Positions 1 through 9,322 of a stretch of 64,000 nucleotides of DNA are shown here, piece by piece; position 1 is the stretch's first letter, and the number at the start of each line of letters is the position of its first letter. The stretch is from Utricularia gibba (Eukaryota; Plantae; Magnoliophyta), in the NCBI GenBank assembly GCA_002189035.1, contig NEEC01000009.1:248001-312000 (forward strand). Reading direction: 5' to 3'. The translations under genes and the position numbers were made by a program. The notes under the pieces were generated by a model. That model was given only the letters and a program-made list of their open reading frames with translations. It ran no database searches and was not told the origin of the DNA.

Positions 1-78
1 GCCCCTGTAACCTATAGAAAGCAGAACAGCAGAACTCGTCCATTTCTAGGCACCGCAAATAAAGGTTGTAGTGTCTAT

Positions 79-330
79 CATGCATCCTATCTTTTCAGGC
101 ACCACAAATATGCTCTTGCGGTGCTTGGCATCGATGCGCTAGTAAACTGCATGTGTGTGGCACTCAGCCCGACCTCTCGCGTGTTAGGTGTGAAGTATTG
201 ACTGCACTGGATTGCCCTTCGAAGACATGCATCCTATCTTTTCAGGCACCGCAAATATGCTCTTGTGGTGCCTGGCATCGATGCGCCAACTGAGTGCATG
301 TGTGTCGCGTTCGATCTTTAGGTGTGATTC
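79..330. repeat. Degenerate ~147-bp tandem duplication in the element's subterminal region
   Basis: A 61-bp block catgcatcctatcttttcaggcacc(a/g)caaatatgctcttg... occurs at 79-139 and 226-286 with 3 mismatches; weaker similarity continues downstream. Confidence 0.85.
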
Positions 331-757
331 AAGTCGAGTGGATATTTATTTGGATCGTGTATATCTAACAAGGGCATACGGGCGTAGTTTATGCATAAAC
401 CACGCCCGTATTCCCTTGTTTGGTATACCCGATCCAATTGCTCCTAAGGGTCGAACGTTAATTAAGATTTAAAATAAATAAATATCCACTCGATCCAAAG
501 TATACCTAAGGATCAAATGATAATATCAATATTAAAATAAAAAAAGGTTCGATCCGAATCATACCTAAGGATCGAATGGTAATAAAAATATTAAATTAAG
601 GTATTATTTTAAATGAATATGCATATAAGAATATTTGAGAATTTATGTTTAGTTTTTTGTAATTTATGAAGTGTATATTGAAAAACCCATGATTAAAGTA
701 GAGTGAGTAACATCATAATGTTCCGAAATTCAAACCACTGTTACATGCCATGAATGT

Positions 758-2537
758 TCAAGCAAAAACTTTGTAATAATCCCACATGGGGTGATTAGCA
801 TCTAATGGAGGCTGTCCAATTCGTGCATGCTTCACGAAACTCGGTATATCATTTGCTTCTAGTAGACCTTGAAGGAAGATGCGTATTTCTCCACACTCAG
901 CTAACGCAGCATCTCTTACATCTATGTACTGGTATGGCGTTGGGAAGACAGCGTTGTCATGTTGTGGCACAATAAGCAGGATGGTCTAAATGTCAGTAGG
1001 AAACATGCATACCAGACTATATGATCGCAGATAGACTTAACTGGGTTTCTGATGGACTTGAACAGGGAGTTGTCAATAAGTAAGGTGTTGGTTGCATCAT
1101 ACCGACCCAAGAAGCCTTCATCTTCCCCTGGCAACTCCTTCAACACAGCAGCTTTTGACCTATTATCATGCACACGTACATGCGTTTTAGTTGTCTTCGA
1201 TGCATCCCATATGAAAGCCAGCGAGGTGTCTGCATCTGGCCCAAACACCCACTTGGTGATCTCATGTAGTTGTGCACTATAGAACATAGACAGATGTTAG
1301 AGCATTAGATAGCAGCACATGCTCTGCAGATTTCATGGAGTGGGACATATACCGACATCAAAGTTTGCAAGACACCATTCGATGAACTCACGAGCAAAGG
1401 GCCTGAGGAAGACTGCCAAACCAAGAAAAAATGGATTGGTTGAACATGACACAACCATGAGACAATGTTGCGGTGTCTTACTATTTCTCCCATATATCAC
1501 AGCATCTGGTTTCCGATGCAACCTTTGGTACTTGGCTTTGAAGACAATGTCTACTAGCACTCCGTTGACGTCCAACACAAGGAGCTTGCACACTTGTTGC
1601 CTGGGTGATGAACTGGGGCCAGTGTATGCCCACCTACTTTCATACCAATTTAGCCTTGCACGTAGTTGGACATTCTCTTCTAGGATTCTGTCCACATCCA
1701 CAGTAGCAGTTGGTTGCGGGTTGTCTTCCTCCACATTGCTCCCTACATCCTGTTGTCGATCAGATGCAAATGCTAGTGACATCTCTTCCTCAATGATCAC
1801 GTCGTCAGGCTTTGATCGCTCGCGTATCACTCTTCCTTGGCCACACCAGAAGTGGCGAGTACCGGCAACGTCCACCACAAGGGGTACTATGTCACTCAAT
1901 GCCTTACTCTTTTCACTAAACATAGTCAACAAGGCATCCACCCTCTGCTTCGATAGTTTATCAAATCCTACAACATGGATAATCGAATATCATAAATCAC
2001 AGTACACTAGTCATGCAACCATACTACATCACATATTACCCTTTGACTTTCCAATTTTCTTGGAGGAGCCGAGAGTAGTTGGAATTCGGAGGTCTTCCGG
2101 TGGACACACCCAAATGAAGCTTGTCCACCATGCATCATATCCACTCCGAATAGAATTCACAAGTGCAATACCTGGCTTACCCTTCAGCGAGAAATGATTA
2201 GTTTTCCAATTTCGAATGCACATAGTTATTGCAAAAAAACTGGTAGGGCCGGAGTAATTTGTTCCTCCATGCACACACTCAAAAACGCCAACACATGAGC
2301 GATTGAGCGGGGTGTCAGGTGGGACAATGGGACCTCCAAACATGCCAACAACTCGCATATGAATGGTGGTGGTGGCAAGCGAAGTCCACACCGAAAGTGT
2401 TCGGTGGACACCGAAAACCCGGTTACTCCCACCCTGGGTGGAACCACACCGTCAATTGTCTCATCGCTTGCCTTGTCCCATAGATTGTACGTCTCTGGGA
2501 TGGCGAACCGAAGTTGGAGTTTCATGGAAGTAAGCAT
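758..2537 (-). pseudogene. Transposase_28/TRP28-like + coiled-coil + FCP1/NIF-like HAD phosphatase-fold fusion gene, copy 1 (near-intact, at least one frameshift)
   Basis: N-terminal motif FRCGLRLPPPPFICELLACLEVPLSHLTPRS. C-terminal motifs KLLVLDVNGVL, FLRPFAREFIEWCLANFDVG, VLKEL, TLLIDNS, AVFPTPY and GQPPL..HPMWDYY. GT-AG introns at ~1969-2039 and ~1414-1481 join exons in frame. There is a 1-bp deficit in the A7 run at 2233-2239, and the junction near 1278-1350 is unresolved. Confidence 0.8.
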
Positions 2538-3047
2538 TTCTTGAGATAGACAGGTCAGATGAAAGCAAATGGGGGAGGGACCATGCGGTTAAGGTGGGGA
2601 CGGTGTGCCGTGCTTTGCAGTGTGTGGCGATTAGGTGCGTGGTGAAGGAGGGTGAGGACTGGGCCAGAGGGTTTGTTATAAGGCCCAAATATGCAAGGCC
2701 TAATATTCATTCCAGCCCGTGATTGCTCCAGGCACCTATTTCAAAGGTTGCGGTGTCTACAGCGTGTCTTCCAGACACCAAGAGCGGCATTCTGCATTGC
2801 CTGGAACGCATGTCTCCCAAACACTGAGAGCAGTCTTTTACTTGAATTTAAATAAATATGATATATATCAATTAATTAGGTATTAAAATAGTTAATAAAA
2901 TTAAAATCAAACTTAATTAACGTAAAAAAAATAGATGATTTTAAATAAATTCATATGTATAAGATTAAAAAAATCTTATGTAATCTCGAACTAATTTAAA
3001 CCCATAAAGGAAACATTCTGTAATTTATAATCTTAAATTTTGGTCTC

Positions 3048-3464
3048 GGTGTACCAGGCATCGCAAAAGTTTTGTCTCGGTGTCTACAAGACACCCCTTG
3101 TAGGCACTGCAAAACACTGCTCTCAGAGTCTGAGAGACATGCGTCCCAGGCACTGTAGAATGCCGCTCTCGGTGTGTGGAAGACACGATATTTTAATATT
3201 TTTATTAGCGTTCGATCCTTAGGTATCATTCGAATCGAGTGGATATTTGGTTATTTTAAATTTATATTAACGCTCGATCCGAATGATACCTAAGGATCGA
3301 ACGCTAATAAAAATATTAAAATATCGTGTCTTCCACACACCGAGAGCGGCATTCTACAGTGCCTGGGACGCATGTCTCTCAGACTCTGAGAGCAGTGTTT
3401 TGCAGTGCCTAAAAGGGGTGTCTTGTAGACACCGGGACAAAACTTTAGCGGTGCCTAGTACACT
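3048..3464. repeat. Long inverted repeat (~192-bp arms, ~33-bp AT-rich loop)
   Basis: Arms 3048-3239 and 3273-3464 are reverse complements with few mismatches. This explains the mirrored ORFs 2996..3229(-) and 3283..3582(+). A third partial copy lies at ~2764-2840. Confidence 0.95.
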
Positions 3465-3903
3465 GGACTTCCATGCACCAATAGCGGCGTATTGCAGTGC
3501 TAGGAACACATTTTCATCCAGGCACCGAGAGCAGATATTCACAATGCCTAGAATGCAATTCTTCCAATGTACATGTAGATAGTGTAGAGCATGCAATAGT
3601 TGCACTCAGATGTATGAGTCAACAGTGTGTGGAAACATGAAGCATCCTTCAACCCTATCATATCTTTCCACTGCAAATTCTAGTTTCCGGTGACTGTATC
3701 ACATTTGCTATGACAACTGTCCAGCATAAATAAGGCAGTTCACTGTGGGAAATAACCCAATGTAAGAAGCAAATCATGTCTAGAATAACTGATGTGTTTG
3801 CACAATATGAATACAACACAACGCAATGTTTATCAACTATTGGAAAATGAAATAAAATGTCTTTAAGCCAAATCAATAAAATATCAGGATTCATTAGTAC
3901 ACC

Positions 3904-5249
3904 TTATACCCTTCTTCGTGTGGTCTCTCTCCATTGCACAAACATTATCTCAGCCATTGAATCCCGCCACTGTGTCCACTCCTCTGGGTTTCTTATGGAG
4001 GAAATATGTTCATCATCTTCATATTCTTGTGAATCCGGATTGCGGTACTCTTCCGGAATGACCTCTTCCCATGGATCAGTTGGCATTTCTCGCCGAATAA
4101 AATTGTGAAGCAGGGCACATGTGAGTATGATACGAGTTTGTGTTTTAATAGGATAAAAACTATAACTTCGTAAAATACCCCACCTCATCTTCATTAGACC
4201 CCATGCCCTCTCAATAACATTCCTTGCAGAAGCATACCGCATGTTGAAATATTCCTTCGCATTCTGTGGAGCAATGGACCTGGCACCCCACTCTTTCATA
4301 TGGTACTGAAGACCCCTATAGGTTGCTAGAAATCCCTCTGCGTTTGTGTAGCCATTATTACACAAGTAATAATGCCCTACAAAAAAATGGAATACATGAA
4401 AGGTAATCATAACTATGGACTTCTACACATTGTAAGCACCTACCTTTGCGTACAGTGAATGCTCTTTGTCGACAAACTGCATCTCGTAGCACCCTGCTAT
4501 CAGCAGCGGATCCCTCCCAACCGGACAACAAATAGATGAACATGAGCTTATCATCACACACTTCTAGCACATTAGTGGGCACGATTCCTCCACTTTGGTT
4601 TATCCTGATCTTTGACTTTCACCTGAAAATATGAACCATCCAATGCACCCAAGCAATTCTGAAAAATAGAGCAGAAAGTTACAGCATGCAAAATACACGT
4701 TATACATCCACAACTACGAAGAAAAATCTTCTTGCATACCTCGAAAAATCTGAAGCTAGAATTGGGATCAGAAACATCAATTGGCATAGGTGTCTTAAGT
4801 AAATTTTGGTGCAATGACAGCACCGCCGACAATACCACATTGAAATATTTGGACACTGTCTAGCTGCTTCGCATGAATTCAAATTTTTGTTGCCTTGTTT
4901 TCATGTGATGACCCAAAATACCCAAAAACAATGCAACTTGCTATGGAACATCGACATACCTTGAAGTGGTTAGTCTACCATTACTTCGAAGAACATAACA
5001 TAACTTGTTGAAGACATCTGCACTTAATCGTAAGTTTTCAAGACAAGCACTCCTTGAATCAGATAACAAGGCAATCAAATGCTCTATTTGTCACGGTATC
5101 TTTTCTCGGTATGAGAACCGAATTCTCGTATCGGTTGGTGTACAACATAAGTGCAACATTATAACAATCATAACTTGCATAATACATAGATGCTGACCAA
5201 CGCAATGTGCCGCAGCAAGGGCAGCCAAAATAATCTTCTTTGAAACCAT
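3904..5249 (-). pseudogene. PIF/Harbinger DDE transposase pseudogene, copy 1
   Basis: Motifs ENLRLS..F..LC, CLGALDGSY, YLLSGWEGSAADSRVL, YYLCNNGY and RNVIERAWGLMKMRW. In-frame stops at 5091, 4941 and 4860, a frameshift near 4580, and the second catalytic Asp is replaced by Asn. Confidence 0.93.
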
Positions 5250-6650
5250 TGCAACAGCCTCAATAAGCAACGCACAACCTACTGCAATTTTCGGAAAAAA
5301 AAACCGACTCCATCATATGTGAAACAAAAAATAAGTACTCTTGGCTTAAATTGAAGTATGGGTTTTCGTCGAAATATCAGAATTCGAATTCACTCACCAT
5401 GTACTTGCAAAAACCCAACAGATTTATGTTGAAGAGAATGAACAAATACACAGATTTAATGTTACGAATTTGCTTATGGAGTAGAAGGGTATTATCGACC
5501 AAGTTGTATTTGTGTGAGGTGGGTTTTGATTGTAGGTTTTGTGAAACTAGTAACTGCAGGTTTAATTTGGGATAATACAAACTTTTGTGTTTTACTAAAC
5601 CATCTCAACAAGCACATACAACACTTTTTACCCAAGGGTTTAGAGGGCTAAACCCACCTAAAAAACGAGGCCCAGTGTTTTGGGAATCCCACTGGACCGC
5701 CGGTTTACGCGCCTGAGCCGCTAACCGCTGAAAAACACGTCCGGTCGCCCTCAAAACCGATATTGATTTTGAATTTTCACATCGGGGGTGTTTTGGGAAA
5801 AAGGGGCCTAAAATATGTCACGCCCCACGTCACTCGCGGTTCATCTGTCATCACCACGGTCGTCATCTTGGCCGCGTCTTTATTTCGCAAATTCTCATCA
5901 TTTTCCAAGCTTAATTCCTTTTAAATCAAACCATATTTGCTAGGTTTTTTTATTGCTCAAACATACACCTAGTGATAATTAAATTTTTTGTTTATATGCG
6001 TAATTTACAACTATATTTATTCAAATTCTAATCTGGAATCAATTTTTTAACCAATCCAGTTTTATTTATATAACATCATTTTAATTAATTGAAATGTCGT
6101 ATTAAATGCCATATTTGATTTATAATATAATCGAATAAATATCTTGTGTTCCTCCATAAACAGACAAGACATACGATCCAAAAGAAGAGCACTGCGCTGC
6201 GTAGGAACTAGGAAGACGCTGTGGGACCCGCGTCGCGAACTCCAGCGCGCCTCCCTTAGACGAATGCAATGACGTTGCCCGGGCGGCGCCCACCCGGACT
6301 GTAATTTCTGGACTTCAAAATTAGACCCGATCAATAAGTATAGTGGGGTATCCGTAGTGACGCTTGCTAGGGTTCGGTCCCCTCCCGTGAAGAAAACACA
6401 CCAAATATACTTGTCCTTAAAAGTAAAAAGATCATACACTTTTATTACCTAAGCATATCATTACAGACATAGAGTTTGAAGGAAGATGGGGATGCCTCAT
6501 TATTATGGGAGAAATCGAATTTGTGGGTTGGGAGGCTGTTTTTTTGGTTTTAAGGAAGGTTTAGGAGGACTTTTCCAGACATGGACCTACTTCATGATGG
6601 TTTGCGGTAATTTACTCGCACGGGGAGAGGGGTGGAACCGTCAAGGCTCT

Positions 6651-6661
6651 ATATATATATC
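6651..6661 (+). promoter_or_regulatory. TATA-box candidate of the NAC gene
   Basis: ctatatatatat followed by a pyrimidine-rich stretch, ~110 bp upstream of the ATG at 6765. Confidence 0.55.
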
Positions 6662-6764
6662 TCTCCTGGGGTCTCCGTTTTCCAGAGCCAGAAAAATCAG
6701 CACACCGGAAAAATTCAAGATAGAGGCGGCGCAGCATTGCCAAACTCCAAGTTGGTTGTCGTGG

Positions 6765-7726
6765 ATGAGTAAGGTTCAGGGTCAACTTCAAGGGCTGAAT
6801 TTGCCGTCGGGTTTTCGGTTTCACCCCACCGACGAGGAGCTAGTGCTGGATTATCTCTGCAGGAAATGCTCCGGTGACCGGATTCCGGCATCCGTCGTAG
6901 CTGAAGTCGATATCTACAAAGTTGATCCCTGGGAACTTCCTGGTACTTCCCTCCCCTTGCTCACTGCCCGAATTGGTTAGGCTCAATGTCTGATGAATGA
7001 CTCAAATTTTGTGTGGTCGTTGATGAGTGTAGGGCTGTCCTTGTACGGGGAGAAGGAGTGGTACTTCTTTTCACCCAGGGACCGGAAGTATCCCAACGGT
7101 TCGCGGCCGAATCGGGTGGCGGGATCCGGTTACTGGAAGGCCACCGGTGCGGATAAGCCGGTGGGTAAACCGAGGACTCTGGCCATCAAGAAAGCTCTGG
7201 TTTTCTACGCCGGAAAACCCCCGAGAGGAGTTAAAACCAACTGGATTATGCACGAGTATCGGCTGGCTAACGTCGATAGATCTGCAGGCAAGAGAATCAA
7301 TTCCAAGGTAAGAGCATATTCATCGAACACTTGGTGAACAAAGCTCTACATTCTTCCATCGATTCACGATTGTGTGTCCTTCAGCTCGACGATTGGGTAT
7401 TGTGTCGCATATACAACAAGAAAGGAACCATGGAGAAGCACTATCTCACCGATCAAAAGGGTGCTCACTTCTCCGATAGCGAAGAAGACGAAAGGTCGTC
7501 GGCGGCGACATTTTTGGGTGACGCATTACCCGATATGACTTCCGGCAGCAACGAGTATGCATCGCCGGAATCGAATCCCGGAGAGTCCATTCGCTCGTCG
7601 CCGGATATCCAAGACTTGGACTTTCTGATGGACTACGGCCAATCCTTGGAAGACGACGTCATGCCTGAAATGTTGTACAATGACCAGCTTGCGCTTTTTC
7701 AGGAAATGTTGGAATGCTTTCAATAG
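6765..7726 (+). CDS. NAC (ATAF-like): NAC transcription factor, ATAF1/ATAF2-like subgroup (3 exons: 6765-6942, 7033-7307, 7385-7726)
   Basis: [51 protein letters not shown] and [14 protein letters not shown]; canonical GT-AG introns. Confidence 0.95.
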
Positions 7727-9322
7727 GAGTCATTTCCCGTCCGTAGCACGAAGATCGTCGGTAGCAATAATTTTTTTTTTGTATTCGGATTTGTTTAAAA
7801 TTCTTCAAATTAAACTTTTTAATTGTTTTAATGTAAATTAATTTAATTCATATTACGTAATATATAAATTAAAGTATTCTATCAAATAAGATCTTACTAT
7901 TTAAAGATTTATTTATATTTAAAAATTTAGGATTTTTATATAAAAAGTAAAGAATAAATTGGATGATAAATTAATATTATTTCAAAAAACATATTTAAAA
8001 TTGTTTATTTTTATTGACATTTTTTAATTTTAAAAAAATAATAGCTCTTTCGTAATTTTCTTGTAGTGATATATTTATGATTCAAGAAATGCCAGGGGTA
8101 GATTTCGAAATAACCACAAAATTGTAGGCCATTTTTTCTATTAGCTTAAAAAAGTGGATCAATTCTTTTTAAGCACATTTTGAACGCCTAATTATGTGCC
8201 TTAATTTTGATTGAATTGTAAAAATAAATCTAGTAATTAATCGATTTTTATGGGATTTTTTTTTATGTATAATAAATTCTTGATTTCAATATCTGATCCA
8301 TTAATTTTCAAAATTGTGCTCAATTTCATATGTGGCAATCCACCTCTTCTTTGGGAAAGAATGTTTACGAATCAGATTTTTTTATAGATTATCTCCTAGA
8401 TAGTTTGTGTCTTAATATAAATCAACAAACATTCTAATCTAATAATCATTTTCAATTAAATTCATTATAAATGAAATTAAACTATAAAATAATTTATGAT
8501 AATGGAGATTCACACAGGGTTAAAAGCACCAAAATCTAAATATAAAATTTGAATTGTAAATTTGATGGGATCTACATCAGATTGAGTTAATTAACCACTG
8601 AAAAGAAACCAAAAGGTGTACTGACAAATTGATGTCGTTCGACAGATCGATAAGTATTAGAATTTGTCAACAACAATTGTTTTTGACAATTTGAAAAATA
8701 ATCGAATTACAACAATGTCAGAACATTTGACGGTTATCCTATTACAGAACCTCAGTACTATTGGTAGGCATAGAAATTAACCGATAGCTACAGTATTTAG
8801 AATTCGGTCCGATTAGTCTTTCTATAAATATCAGAAAACTTCGAGACTTTTAACTTATATATTTTCTCCACTCACGTATATTGAAACCATTTTCTGGCGA
8901 GTTTTGACAGTTCCGTGGTTTTTCCGTTCTCTGACGGTTTACACGTTAAAATATATGCCTTTCTTCATTTCTGCCAACCGCATTGTATCACCCAAAACGT
9001 TAATATCTTAATCGGATACGAAGCGTTCAACTATAATCGTAACCCGAAAATCGATGTCCGTTTTAGTACTGATTTTCGATCACACCAAAATCCAAATCAT
9101 GTATTATTATTAAATGAAATAATGTGTTTTGAGTTTCAGATTAGGCTACTAGCTAAATGATTTATTGAATTAATCAAATTATTGAAATTATAAATGTAAA
9201 TAAAATGAACTTAGGGTGTTGGTTTGCTCACAAAGGTTTTGTGCCAAGTGTGTCGTGGCGTCGTAGGGGCCACGGTGAGGTTTCCCGATTTGCCGATTCG
9301 TAGCGGCCACCGGAGACTGGGA

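Larger units (their letters stand above)
1..5673 (-). mobile_element. PIF/Harbinger-like DNA transposon, copy 1 (left end outside window; right boundary tentative)
   Basis: Contains a Harbinger DDE transposase pseudogene plus a TRP28-FCP1 gene. The putative terminus on the minus strand reads GGGCCTCGTTT-TTTAGGTGGGTT from 5673, resembling the copy 2 terminus. No TWA target-site duplication is visible (flank is AGT). Confidence 0.7.

Noticed and set aside
1319-2197. 292-aa ORF on the + strand
   Set aside because: Antisense shadow of the TRP28-FCP1 gene; no recognisable motifs.
2996-3582. Two ORFs with identical N-termini (MIPKDRTLIKILK...)
   Set aside because: Artefact of the inverted repeat; non-ATG starts and no protein motifs.
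1-3600. Short interspersed palindromic repeats superficially like a CRISPR array
   Set aside because: Spacing and orientation are irregular, the context is eukaryotic and there are no cas genes; better explained as transposon subterminal repeats.
6338-6390. GGGTTCGGTCCC resembling a tRNA T-arm / B-box
   Set aside because: No A-box, cloverleaf or SINE tail could be built.
6062-6439. 125-aa minus-strand ORF upstream of the NAC gene
   Set aside because: No recognisable homology; lies in promoter-like sequence.
6486-6764. In-frame N-terminal extension of the NAC ORF
   Set aside because: It spans the TATA candidate and leader; the ATG at 6765 fits NAC domain placement.
8560-9190. Scattered AACCG/CGGTT-like motifs suggesting an old hAT MITE
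   Set aside because: No TIR pair or TSD could be identified.
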